Source: an uncultured Chitinophaga sp. (GTDB taxonomy: Bacteria; Bacteroidota; Bacteroidia; UKL13-3). From it: 64,000 bases of DNA. A program made the position numbers and the translations under genes. A model generated the notes under the pieces. That model was given only the letters and a program-made list of their open reading frames with translations, did not search any database and had not been told where the DNA came from. Numbering within the stretch: position 1 is the stretch's first letter; each line of letters starts with the position of its first letter. Location: NCBI GenBank assembly GCA_964355075.1, contig CAYHCF010000008.1:4795-68794 (forward strand), in the 5' to 3' direction. Positions 47,557 to 57,676 of the stretch are shown here, in pieces.

Positions 47557-49185
47557 TTATTTAACCCTCTTCACCTCTATTAAAAAATTTTTCACATCTA
47601 CTTTAAAATCTTCCTGATTTTCAAAGGGTAAGTCAATAATCTGCCACCTGTTCTCTGCACTTATAAAATCATATTTACCTTTACTAAGGGTAACCTTAAT
47701 TGGCATCTTCAACCTTTTAACCTTTGCACTTAAACGATAATGAAGCTCAAACAAGCCGTTTTTAGGAAGTATAAAATATTCAAAAACCGGAATTTTGGGC
47801 TCATATAAATATTGTTTAAAAAACAAGGACAAATTAGTTCCGGTTCGCTGACATAAATATTTTTCTATCTCCTTACTACTAACAATTTTATATTTATAAA
47901 CCCGGTTTAAATCAAAAAGCGTGTTGAACCAAAGGGTGTCATTATCAAGCATATTACGCATGGTATGCAATATCCAGGAACCCTTATAATACAAATCATT
48001 ATCACGCCGGTTATAAGCAATATCTCTGGGTCCAATCATAGGAAGATCATTTTTAATATAACCTTTCTGGCCCAATAAGTATTGAACTGCCCGCATATAA
48101 TTGTATTGCTTTTCTACGTACAAAGCCTCTCCGTAAGTTGTAAAACCTTCATGAAGCCACATATCTGCTTTGTCAATTGCTGTGATACTATTGGCAAACC
48201 ACTCATGTCCGCTTTCATGAATAATAATAAAATCAAAGCCAAATTTATTATTAACATATTGATTTCCATAGGCTATACAACTTTGATGTTCCATCCCCCA
48301 ATAAGAAGTCTCAACCAGTTTAAATCCATCATTTCTGAAGGGATAAGGGCCAAAATATTTTTCAAAAGTTTGCAACATTCTTTTTGTTTGTTGAAAATGC
48401 GTTTTAGCGATGGCAACATTGGGCTTCAAAACGTAATAATCCAATGTCAGATTTCCATAGACTTCACTCACATACATATCCTGAATGTGTTCATAATTAC
48501 CTATATTTACCGTAATGTCATAATTATTGATTGGATAACTTACCTTCCATAGAAATTCTGTAAAACCATTATTTAAATTTCTCTGCCTCACCAGTCTGCC
48601 ATTACTTACTCCTGTTAATCCGGTAGGTACCTGAAGGTTCATCATTACGGTCTCCGGCTCATCACTCCAATGGTCTTTACAGGGAAGCCAGCAGGATGCA
48701 CCTAATCCTTCGCATGCAAGACCGATCCAATCTTTCCCACTGCTATCCTTACTCCAGACAAAACCACCGTCCCAGGGAGCTTTTTTTGCGATAATGGGTA
48801 TACCCGAATAATAAATGACAATATGTGCAGAATCATTTTTCTTCAGTTTCCGGGGAAGGTTAATAAAAAGGGTATTACTGTCTCTTTTGTAAGTTAGAGT
48901 ACGATTTTCGAACACGATATTTGAAATGGATAAATTAGAAAAAAGGTTTAATTCCAGGGTTTTTAACGGCTTTATTATTTTGAACCCTATATCATTGATC
49001 CCTTCAATGGAATGACTTTCAGGAAATACCCTAAGCGTTATCAAATAGGTTTTTACATCAAACGAAGCCCTTAATTTGCTGTTTGATCCTTGTAATTGCA
49101 GAAAATGATGATCAGGTTGTGCCGGTGAATAAGAAAATGGAAGTATAATAAAAAGGCATGCAATTCTTATAACCAAACCTCTCAT
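47557..49185 (-). CDS. M1 family aminopeptidase
   Basis: GMEHQS, HESGHEWF followed by a downstream E (WLHEGF), YYKG. Confidence 0.92.
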   Translation of the reverse strand: MRGLVIRIACLFIILPFSYSPAQPDHHFLQLQGSNSKLRASFDVKTYLITLRVFPESHSIEGINDIGFKIIKPLKTLELNLFSNLSISNIVFENRTLTYKRDSNTLFINLPRKLKKNDSAHIVIYYSGIPIIAKKAPWDGGFVWSKDSSGKDWIGLACEGLGASCWLPCKDHWSDEPETVMMNLQVPTGLTGVSNGRLVRQRNLNNGFTEFLWKVSYPINNYDITVNIGNYEHIQDMYVSEVYGNLTLDYYVLKPNVAIAKTHFQQTKRMLQTFEKYFGPYPFRNDGFKLVETSYWGMEHQSCIAYGNQYVNNKFGFDFIIIHESGHEWFANSITAIDKADMWLHEGFTTYGEALYVEKQYNYMRAVQYLLGQKGYIKNDLPMIGPRDIAYNRRDNDLYYKGSWILHTMRNMLDNDTLWFNTLFDLNRVYKYKIVSSKEIEKYLCQRTGTNLSLFFKQYLYEPKIPVFEYFILPKNGLFELHYRLSAKVKRLKMPIKVTLSKGKYDFISAENRWQIIDLPFENQEDFKVDVKNFLIEVKRVK

Positions 49186-49369
49186 GATTTATCTTTTTTT
49201 TGAAAACTAAAAAATTTAAGCATGGGTATGGTTCTCCTGTTTTGTAAACTTCTGCCAAAGTAGCTATTTAAATTAAATTTCTAAAATTATCGGCAGTATT
49301 TCCAAGTAAGGGTGAAAAAAGTTAAACTTGTAGCAAATAATTTGGGTTCAACCCATTAAAGATTCTCCT

Positions 49370-50194
49370 ATGAATAAGTTATTAAAAGGTAAGAAAGGCA
49401 TCATTTTTGGAGCCCTGAACGATAAGAGCATTGCCTGGCAGGTTGCCCTGAAATGCCATGAACAAGGTGCTAAATTTGTGTTAACCAACGCCCCTATTGC
49501 AATGAGAATGGGTGAAATCCACAAATTGGCTGAAATTTGTGGCCATCCCCAAATTATACCATGTGATGTGAGTAAAAATGAGGACATGGAAGCCCTGATC
49601 GAAAAATCTATGGAGGCATTAGGAGGTAAAATTGATTTTATCCTGCATTCGGTTGGCATGAGTGTGAATATGCGAAAAGGCAGGTCGTATACCGACCTTG
49701 ATTATAAATGGACCCATGAAACTTACGATATTAGCAGCCTTTCTTTTCACCGTTTGCTACAGACCTGTTACAAAATGGATGCGATTAACGAGTGGGGATC
49801 GGTTGTGGCCTTAACCTATATTGCATCACAACGCGTTTTCTCTCATTACAGTGAAATGGCTGAATCCAAAGCTATTCTGGAGTCTATCGCTCGTAGTTTT
49901 GGCTTCCATTATGGCAAGCGTAGTAAAGTCAGGATCAATACCATTTCTCAGAGTCCAACTGCTACCACGGCCGGAATCGGGGTAAAAGGTTTTGACGATT
50001 TCTTTGAATATGCGGGAGCTTTATCCCCATTAGGCAATGCCAGTGCCGACGCCTGTGCAGACTATTGTGTGTTGATGTTCTCTGATTTAAGTCGTATGGT
50101 AACGATGCAAAATCTCTTCCACGACGGGGGGTTCAGCAATACCGGATTCAGTTATGATGTATTCAAGCTTCTGGAAAAAAAAGCCGAAATGTAA
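49370..50194 (+). CDS. fabI: Enoyl-ACP reductase
   Basis: GIIFGALN..SIAW, HSVGMS, LTYIA, Y..M..SK.ILES and TMQNLFHDGGFS motifs (Bacteroidota FabI type). Confidence 0.9.
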   Translation: MNKLLKGKKGIIFGALNDKSIAWQVALKCHEQGAKFVLTNAPIAMRMGEIHKLAEICGHPQIIPCDVSKNEDMEALIEKSMEALGGKIDFILHSVGMSVNMRKGRSYTDLDYKWTHETYDISSLSFHRLLQTCYKMDAINEWGSVVALTYIASQRVFSHYSEMAESKAILESIARSFGFHYGKRSKVRINTISQSPTATTAGIGVKGFDDFFEYAGALSPLGNASADACADYCVLMFSDLSRMVTMQNLFHDGGFSNTGFSYDVFKLLEKKAEM

Positions 50195-50206
50195 GATAAG
50201 CGGGAT

Positions 50207-51226
50207 CTACGCCCTCATTTTTATAAGATGTTTTGTCTGACCATAGGTTACATCAATGACGCCCGATTCATTGAAAAAATCACCGGGGAAGCCCAATTCA
50301 AATGCTGAAACCGCATTTAGTTTTTGCATCCATTCATCAGTAATCATCATTTCGGTTGAACCCAGTGCATCCTGTATTTGCGGGTTTTTGGTAGCACCCA
50401 CTATTGGAATTACCAATTGATCTCTTTGTATCGTCCACTTTAAGGCAACCTGAGCAGGTGTACAGTTTAATGCCTTTGACGCATCCACAACCACCTTAGC
50501 AATTTTTACACTTCGCTCATTCAAGCGTTTGGAGCTTTCGGTTAATCTTCCTTTTTCTCCATTTAAATATTTTCCGGTTAAAGCTCCACCAGCCAATGGT
50601 GCCCAGGGGGTGAGTGCCAGGTTGAAAGCTTTGGCAACCGGCAATAAATCTCTTTCTGCCGTGCGATTAATCAGATTGTATTCAACCTGTAAACCTGCAA
50701 ATTTATTCCAGCCTCTTAATTCAGCAATGGTATTGGCCTGTGCAACCCGCCATGCCGGAGTATCACTGATACCGATATAATGTACAATTCCCCGGCTTAT
50801 CAGATCATTCAATCCTATTAACACCTCATCGGGGGAGGTAGTAAAATCCCAAATATGCAGCCACAGTAAATCGATATAATCGGTTTGCATCCTTTTCAAA
50901 CTTTCCTGAACTGAGCGCATCATATTTTTACGGTGATTGCCGGCATAATTAGGATCACCATTCCGGTCTTTTAAGGTGTATTTTGTAGCCAGCACAAAAT
51001 GATCCCGGTCTGACTTTACAAATTCTCCAACAAAACGCTCTGATGTACCTTCGGTATATCTGTTTGCCGTATCTATAAAATTGCCTCCTGCATTTGCATA
51101 GGTTTCGAAGATCGCTTTGCTGTTTTCAAAATCAGCACCCCATCCCCACTCCGTACCAAAACCCATGGTACCCAGTGCAAGTTCAGAAACGCGAAGGCCG
51201 GTATGGCCGAATAATTGGTATTTCAT
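50207..51226 (-). CDS. Aldo/keto reductase
   Basis: LGTMGFG, FIDTANRY, LATKY, DYIDLLWLH and PIVGA motifs. Confidence 0.93.
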   Translation of the reverse strand: MKYQLFGHTGLRVSELALGTMGFGTEWGWGADFENSKAIFETYANAGGNFIDTANRYTEGTSERFVGEFVKSDRDHFVLATKYTLKDRNGDPNYAGNHRKNMMRSVQESLKRMQTDYIDLLWLHIWDFTTSPDEVLIGLNDLISRGIVHYIGISDTPAWRVAQANTIAELRGWNKFAGLQVEYNLINRTAERDLLPVAKAFNLALTPWAPLAGGALTGKYLNGEKGRLTESSKRLNERSVKIAKVVVDASKALNCTPAQVALKWTIQRDQLVIPIVGATKNPQIQDALGSTEMMITDEWMQKLNAVSAFELGFPGDFFNESGVIDVTYGQTKHLIKMRA

Positions 51227-51321
51227 ATTTTATGAGTTGAATATTAAAGTACTACATATTTTTTGAAAGGGAAAAATAGTTGTATTATCCAAATTTCCCA
51301 ATCTCCTGATTTATTATTTTA

Positions 51322-52341
51322 TCAGGCAGGCTTTCTTTTTAGGAAATGTTTCTCAACGAGATTCCATGAGGCAAATGCGAATAATAAGATCATCCCAATT
51401 AATATAAAGGCTACAAGAAATGGATTATATCTGGTAAATAGCCCAAGGGAAACTGTTAGTTGAATCAAGGGGAAATGAAAGATATAAATACCGTAGGAGA
51501 AATCGCCATACTTCCCAAAATTATTAAGTAATTTAAACCCATAAGCAAAATACATGATGAGCACCGACATTGCCAGAGGGCGAAATATTTCCACATTTAA
51601 ATAATATTCTATCCCAAAAACCAGCAAGGAAACAATTGCCAGGGCGTTTTTATTTTTTTCAAGTACTTGTTTATTATAATAAAAATAAATTCCGGAAATG
51701 AAATAAGTTAAGAAACCGGGGAGTTGATGTTTTAAAATCTCAAACAATCCGGAATGAGCCGGCATGATCCCTGAACCAAATCCAAGCACAAATTTGTAAA
51801 TGATTCCCACTAAATATATTAAAACAAATACCATAACATTTTTATTAAACCTGCTAATAAGCCATAATATTATAGGCAAAACCAGGTAAAAGCTAACTTC
51901 AACTTTAATTGTCCATAAAGCGCCGTTAATGGTGCAAAGAATATTATGAAGAAAGACACCAGGCAAACACGGCTGCACAAAATTTACAAACAAGAGATTT
52001 GCCACCAGATATTTATAAACTAAACCATTCGCAAAATATTCTCTAACGGAATAAGCACTTAGCAAACCAAACAATATAGCACATAATACAATAACTAAAA
52101 CATAAGCAGGTAACAGACGGTTTGCCCTTTTAAGCAGGTACTTTTTATAATTACTGGTTTTTTCCAGACTTCCGGTTATCAGATAACCGCTGATGATAAA
52201 AAAACCGGTGACAGAAACGTACGAATCAAAATATTTTTTTAAAAACTCAAAATCTGAGATACCTGAAAGACTGACAATGTGCGCCAGAACTACAATAAAG
52301 GCAAATAAAAACCGGAGAAAATCAAAGTTGTTTTTAAGCAC
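51322..52341 (-). CDS. Acyltransferase-3 family (OafA/YrhL-like) membrane O-acyltransferase
   Basis: NNFDFLR..A..V..H, FFIISGYL, R..R..PAY, NGALWTI.VE..FY and SYGIYIFHFP motifs. Confidence 0.9.
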   Translation of the reverse strand: MLKNNFDFLRFLFAFIVVLAHIVSLSGISDFEFLKKYFDSYVSVTGFFIISGYLITGSLEKTSNYKKYLLKRANRLLPAYVLVIVLCAILFGLLSAYSVREYFANGLVYKYLVANLLFVNFVQPCLPGVFLHNILCTINGALWTIKVEVSFYLVLPIILWLISRFNKNVMVFVLIYLVGIIYKFVLGFGSGIMPAHSGLFEILKHQLPGFLTYFISGIYFYYNKQVLEKNKNALAIVSLLVFGIEYYLNVEIFRPLAMSVLIMYFAYGFKLLNNFGKYGDFSYGIYIFHFPLIQLTVSLGLFTRYNPFLVAFILIGMILLFAFASWNLVEKHFLKRKPA

Positions 52342-52356
52342 TGTTACTTAGTAGAA

Positions 52357-53598
52357 TTACTTTTTATGTATAGGATGGCCATTTCTCACTTTCGGCTGAG
52401 ATCGTGATTTGGGGTCTCGTTTATTAAAAAATGTTCGGTTCGGTTTATTTTCAGGCTGGTAAAGTGGTCCAATCCCAAATCCTGAAGGCAGGGGTAATTT
52501 ATCAACTATTTTTTCAATTAAAGTTTCAATGTTATGAAACCTTCGTTGATCTTTTTCATTAATAAATGTAATGGCAGTACCGGTTGATTCTGCCCTGGCT
52601 GTTCGTCCAACCCGATGAATATAATCTTCCGGATCATGTGGAACATCAAAATTCAAAACCAGGTCAACTCCTTCTACATCAATTCCCCGCGACAGTATAT
52701 CGGTTCCTATAATGATCTGAAACTTTTTATTTTTAAACTCATTCATAATCTCTTCACGTTCCTTTTGTTCGAGATCTGAGTGGAAGGATTTTGCCTTCAA
52801 ACCAATCCGTTTCAATTCAAAATGAAGACTTTTTACTTTTTCTTTGGTTCCGGCAAAAATGATAACGGTATTATATACTGTATTGCAGAAAATAGAGGAT
52901 ATCAGAGGTAGCTTTTGTGAGTCGTAAGTGAGATAAGCCTGTTGTAAAATACCTTCGGCCGGTTTTGATAAGGAGATACTGATATGCTCCGGTTTATAGA
53001 GTATTTTATTGGCTAGGGTTCTGATCTTAGGGGGCATAGTAGCCGAGAACAGAAGGGTTTGTCTATCTTTAGGTAAGTAGCTGATTATTTTAACGATATC
53101 ATCATAAAAACCCATATCCAGCATACGATCGGCTTCATCTAAAACAAGGTGTTCAAGCTTATCAAATTTTACATCTCCTGAGGCAAGATGTGAAATAAGG
53201 CGACCGGGAGTTGCAACAATAATATCAGCTCCTGCAAGCAAAGCATTTTTTTGCTGATCCCAGGTTGCGCCATCACCTCCACCGTATATAGGGATAGAAC
53301 TCACAGGAATATAATAACTAAAACCTTCCAATTGTTGATCAATTTGCTGGGCCAACTCACGGGTAGGAACCAAAATCAGTGTATTTAAATGGCTATGATC
53401 CGACTCTACAATTTTATTAAGAATAGGTAAGACATAGGCCGCAGTTTTTCCGGTTCCTGTTTGAGCGCAGGCGATCAGGTCTTTATGTTCAAGAATAAGA
53501 GGTATAGCCATTTCCTGTATAGGGGTAGGCTTATTAAACCCCATTGCGTCTAATCCATCAATGAGGAGTGGATCAAAGTGAAAGTCATCAAATGTCAA
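52357..53598 (-). CDS. DEAD-box RNA helicase
   Basis: Q motif, AQTGTGKT, PTRELA, TPGRL, DEAD, SAT and HRVGRTAR; TTG 53598 preferred as start. Confidence 0.96.
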   Translation of the reverse strand: MTFDDFHFDPLLIDGLDAMGFNKPTPIQEMAIPLILEHKDLIACAQTGTGKTAAYVLPILNKIVESDHSHLNTLILVPTRELAQQIDQQLEGFSYYIPVSSIPIYGGGDGATWDQQKNALLAGADIIVATPGRLISHLASGDVKFDKLEHLVLDEADRMLDMGFYDDIVKIISYLPKDRQTLLFSATMPPKIRTLANKILYKPEHISISLSKPAEGILQQAYLTYDSQKLPLISSIFCNTVYNTVIIFAGTKEKVKSLHFELKRIGLKAKSFHSDLEQKEREEIMNEFKNKKFQIIIGTDILSRGIDVEGVDLVLNFDVPHDPEDYIHRVGRTARAESTGTAITFINEKDQRRFHNIETLIEKIVDKLPLPSGFGIGPLYQPENKPNRTFFNKRDPKSRSQPKVRNGHPIHKK

Positions 53599-53761
53599 AA
53601 TTGAAAATAAATTGGGGACAAGGTAATCTTTTTCTATCAAAGTAGAAAACGAAATTAATGCATAACATTATATGCGAAAGGAAATATTATCGGGATAGGA
53701 ATAGAATTTATTCAAATTAACAATTCTCTATATTTTTAATATATCCCCAGAAAAACAATTG

Positions 53762-54172
53762 CTAATTTATTGTTGCTATCACTTTCAATTCGATGGCTAT
53801 CCGGGTTGGCAAACAATTAATTTCAATGGTGGTTCTGCATGGAGGATTTTCGCCAAAATACTCTGCCCAAAGGCTGTTAAATATGGCAAAATCATCTTTC
53901 ATATTGGTAAGGAAAACAGTCACATCAACAATGTTTTTCCAGCAACTTCCACCATCTTCTAAAATATTTTTAATATTATTAAAAACGGAACGGCATTGGA
54001 TCTCTATATCATAAGAGATGACCTTCCCATTTTCATCGAGTTCAACACCCGGTATTTTTTTTATTCCCCGCTCACGTGGTCCCACACCTGAAAGGAATAA
54101 CAAATTTCCAACACGTTTTGCATGCGGATAATTACCAACAGGTTCAGGCGCTTTATCTGAATATATTTCCAT
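53762..54172 (-). CDS. RidA/YjgF family deaminase (2-aminomuconate deaminase-like)
   Basis: APEPVGNYPHA, LFLSG, DVTVFL.NM..DF, P.RTT and IELK motifs. Confidence 0.88.
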   Translation of the reverse strand: MEIYSDKAPEPVGNYPHAKRVGNLLFLSGVGPRERGIKKIPGVELDENGKVISYDIEIQCRSVFNNIKNILEDGGSCWKNIVDVTVFLTNMKDDFAIFNSLWAEYFGENPPCRTTIEINCLPTRIAIELKVIATIN

Positions 54173-54180
54173 CTTTTTGT

Positions 54181-54218
54181 ATTGAATTGTGAATTATGAA
54201 TTGTGAATGATGAATTAA
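54181..54218. repeat. Heptamer tandem array TGAATTG/TGAATTA (about 5 units)
   Basis: ATTGAATTGTGAATTATGAATTGTGAATGATGAATTAA, just upstream of the ridA start. Confidence 0.85.
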
Positions 54219-54261
54219 GTTTTGGCATTACAGGTTCAAAAATATTCCTTTTCCCCTAAAT

Positions 54262-55011
54262 TTAATTTAACCTGTATTGGAATATTTTGGAAAAAGGTTT
54301 TAATAGAAGGGTAAAAAAACCTGGCTTTATTTTATTAATTTTCCATGCTTTCCGGTCTTCTATATTGGCTTTTATCCTGTTGGCTATACTTCGGTTACTT
54401 GCACCTCCTACCCTCATTTTGAGGAAGAATTTTGGCACATACCTGATGGTAATATGACAGTTTAAGATAAGCCTGAGCATTAATTCGTAATCAGCAGAAA
54501 ACCGGAGCTGGGTATTAAATGAGCCGTATTTTATATAAACATCACGTTTTAAGAAAAAAGCAGGGTGGGGTGGCATCCAGCCTTTGTAAAAACTATCGGA
54601 ATGGTACTGACCGGCATCCCATGTTCTGATTATTTTATTTTTGTTGCTGTTGCTAACATAATATAAATTGGAATAAACTGCATCACAATCATACTTTTCA
54701 AACACCTCAACAACTTGCGAAATCACATAAGGATTCACATAAAAATCATCAGAATGAAGCATGGCGATTATTTCACCACTGGCGATTTGAATCCCCTTAT
54801 TTAATGCAAAATAAGCACCCTTGTCGGGTTCAGAAATGAACTTGTCAATTTTATCACCATACGATTGAACCAATTCAACGGTTCCATCTTTTGAACCGCC
54901 ATCCACCACAATGTACTCAATATCCTCGTGCACCTGCATCAGAACGGATTCTATGGCATCGCTCAAGTATTTCCGGTTTGAGTAAACAACTGTAATAATG
55001 GATACCTTCAT
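54262..55011 (-). CDS. GT2 glycosyltransferase (WcaE-like)
   Basis: KVSIITV, VDGGSKDGT, SEPDKG.Y.ALNKG, HSDD, PPHP and ADYELMLR motifs. Confidence 0.92.
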   Translation of the reverse strand: MKVSIITVVYSNRKYLSDAIESVLMQVHEDIEYIVVDGGSKDGTVELVQSYGDKIDKFISEPDKGAYFALNKGIQIASGEIIAMLHSDDFYVNPYVISQVVEVFEKYDCDAVYSNLYYVSNSNKNKIIRTWDAGQYHSDSFYKGWMPPHPAFFLKRDVYIKYGSFNTQLRFSADYELMLRLILNCHITIRYVPKFFLKMRVGGASNRSIANRIKANIEDRKAWKINKIKPGFFTLLLKPFSKIFQYRLN

Positions 55012-55829
55012 TATTTCAATAAACTATTGATGGTATTGCGGCTCGAATCGGACAACCAACCCCATTTACTGAAATAATAAAAGGCCGAACGGATATGGTA
55101 TAACAACAGTTTATAGTTCTTATAGGATCCCTTTTCGTAATGATGAATAATGGATACTTCAGGGTAATAAATGGTTTGATACTGACTGTTAATCCTACGG
55201 CTCAGGTCGGTGTCTTCGAGATACATGAAGAATTTCTCATCAAACAAACCAACTGTTTTTAATGCATCACAGCGCAAAAGCATGAAACAACCGGATAGAT
55301 TGGGTATTTCCATAATTTCATCAAAATTCTTATACTTTAATTCATAGGCCTCTAATCGTTTTTGAAAAACAGGATGTAGAATTTTTGGAATAAACCTTCT
55401 CATAATCAGATCGAAAGGAGTAGGAAGAAGTTTGCAAAGATATTGAAGATTCCCATTGGCATAGAGAATTTTTGGCATCAATAAGCCAATATTGGTTGAT
55501 GACTCCATGAAGTCAATCATTTTTTCCAGATCTTCTGGTTCAAACAAAATATCTGGGTTGAGCACCAAATGGTATTTTGACCAGTTGAGAACTGCTTTTA
55601 AGGCTATGTTGTGCCCTTTTCCATAACCAAGATTCTGACCAGTAAATATATACTCTAGCTGTGGATTAGTAATAATGGAACTTCTTAATTCATCTCCCGG
55701 GGAATTATCAATAATAAAAAGCTTGAAGGGGATCCGAATATTTCGAACAGCATGAATCAGATCAGCAATCATTTCATACCGATGCCTGTAAACCACAATT
55801 GAAGCACTGATCCTGAGAACTAAAGTCAC
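55011..55829 (-). CDS. GT2 glycosyltransferase (WbbL/rhamnosyltransferase-like)
   Basis: IDNS, NLGYGKGHN, LNPD, SGCFM and FDEKFFMYLEDTDL motifs. Confidence 0.9.
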   Translation of the reverse strand: MTLVLRISASIVVYRHRYEMIADLIHAVRNIRIPFKLFIIDNSPGDELRSSIITNPQLEYIFTGQNLGYGKGHNIALKAVLNWSKYHLVLNPDILFEPEDLEKMIDFMESSTNIGLLMPKILYANGNLQYLCKLLPTPFDLIMRRFIPKILHPVFQKRLEAYELKYKNFDEIMEIPNLSGCFMLLRCDALKTVGLFDEKFFMYLEDTDLSRRINSQYQTIYYPEVSIIHHYEKGSYKNYKLLLYHIRSAFYYFSKWGWLSDSSRNTINSLLK

Positions 55830-55875
55830 AAGGCAAATTAACAGAAATCTAGCCTTATTCGCAATTATTCCTTAA

Positions 55876-56445
55876 TTACTTTTTTTCAAAAACTCCATAT
55901 ATTACATATTGAGGAATGATTTTGCTTAACCAGTCCGACTTAATGAAACAAGGCATATAAATAAATTTTGTTCTTTTATAGTTAAAGGTATCTAGGAGAT
56001 CATCTAGATCCTTTTCATCGTAAAACCTTTTGTGATCATTATCCATTGTATATCCCTTTTTCCCGGGCACACCTATTATCAGAATGCCATTGTTTTTTAA
56101 AACGCGGCTTATTTCATTTAGGGTTACTTCGGGTTTAACCAGATGTTCAAGAACATTATCCAGAACCACACTATCAAAAACCATCTTTTCAAACGGAAAG
56201 ATTTCATCAGCTATCAGATGAGCTTCCAGATTTAAACTTTTACAATAATTAACATTAAGCTGGTTGATATCTATCCCAACAGTATCCTGTCCTCTGTATG
56301 AAAGGAAATCACCAATACCGCAACCCACATCTAAAACGCGTCCTTTCAATTCCCCATTAATAAAAGGATACATAATTGTTCTTCTGTATATATCGGAAAT
56401 TTTGCTTCGCGTTTTTAAATACCTGAAATACTCTTCCTCGCTCAT
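55876..56445 (-). CDS. Class I SAM-dependent methyltransferase
   Basis: VLDVGCGIG, FDSVV..NVLEHL and RVLK..G.LIIGVP motifs. Confidence 0.9.
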   Translation of the reverse strand: MSEEEYFRYLKTRSKISDIYRRTIMYPFINGELKGRVLDVGCGIGDFLSYRGQDTVGIDINQLNVNYCKSLNLEAHLIADEIFPFEKMVFDSVVLDNVLEHLVKPEVTLNEISRVLKNNGILIIGVPGKKGYTMDNDHKRFYDEKDLDDLLDTFNYKRTKFIYMPCFIKSDWLSKIIPQYVIYGVFEKK

Positions 56446-56596
56446 TTATTAAAATTTAAACGATTATACAAACAAATCTTCATACATTGACGCTTTGGGC
56501 AATAGTTTTGTATAAATATTATTTACAATTTAGCGTTTGGCCCCCTCACATTCAATAGGAATTCAATTAGGTAAAAGTGTATTCACCCGAAAAAAA

Positions 56597-57676
56597 TCAA
56601 TACAACTTTAAAAAAGATTGGTAACTGGATTCATACTGCACTGTCATATTTTTAGCATTTAAGATAATTTTATCGAAAGAATCAGATTTCCATTCTGTTT
56701 TTAGCAAATCCGATAACGCTGAATAATCCCTCGTATGAAAGAAAATCGCCTGTTTGGAATCAGGTGAAAATATCTCCCTATGTTGTGGGATATCAGATAA
56801 AAAACATGGTAAACCGCAAAGTGCAGCTTCTATCACAGAGTTAGGTAAACCTTCAGATATTGAGGCTGAAATATACACATCGGACGCCTGAAAATACTCA
56901 TTTACATTATTCACTGAGCCTCGAAAAAATACAGAATTACTGCCTGAAAGTAATTTGCTGGTTTTTGCTAAGCTGCCCGAACCAAGAACGATTAAAACAG
57001 CATTCTTTACATTTGCACGAATAAATGCTTTTATAACTGTCAACGGGTCCTTTCTCTCTTCGAGTAAACCTGCACTGATAAAGATTTTCTGATCTGCAGG
57101 TAAATTTAACTTTAACCTTAATCTGGCTTTCTCAGACATGGAAACATCGAAATATTTCTGATCATCAGCGCCATTACATATTACATTTATATCTGGTATA
57201 TATTGGTAATAACTAAATAAAGTTCTGGAACAAACAAATTTCAAATCAGCATGTTTAAACGCTTTCAATTCTCTGAAAGCAAAATATGCTCCTAATAAAT
57301 TACCATAAACTCCTGTGTGATTATCCTTTAAGTTCGCCTGAATGGTGGCACTACGTTTGTATAAACGTAAGTATTTAAAAGCAAAAAGAGTCCCTCTGAA
57401 AGAAAAAGTCTGAATCATATCCGGATTAATTTTAGCCGTTATCTCTCTAAGCTTCCATTTCGTTAAAATAATGCCTTCAATACGGTTTAATTTAAGAGAA
57501 AATAATTCAATACCTAAATTTTTAAATTCAAGCCAGCTGGAATTTTCCGGTTCTTTGGATAGCGTTAAAATACTTATTTTAAATTTATTCTTATCTATGA
57601 ATTTACAAATATTATAAATAACATTTGTCAAACCCGATTGCTCAAGTGTTGAATTAATTATTAGTATTTTTATCAT
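56597..57676 (-). CDS. GT4 glycosyltransferase
   Basis: I.NG.D, G.L..RK and SEGLPNSVIEA (EX7E) motifs. Confidence 0.9.
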   Translation of the reverse strand: MIKILIINSTLEQSGLTNVIYNICKFIDKNKFKISILTLSKEPENSSWLEFKNLGIELFSLKLNRIEGIILTKWKLREITAKINPDMIQTFSFRGTLFAFKYLRLYKRSATIQANLKDNHTGVYGNLLGAYFAFRELKAFKHADLKFVCSRTLFSYYQYIPDINVICNGADDQKYFDVSMSEKARLRLKLNLPADQKIFISAGLLEERKDPLTVIKAFIRANVKNAVLIVLGSGSLAKTSKLLSGSNSVFFRGSVNNVNEYFQASDVYISASISEGLPNSVIEAALCGLPCFLSDIPQHREIFSPDSKQAIFFHTRDYSALSDLLKTEWKSDSFDKIILNAKNMTVQYESSYQSFLKLY

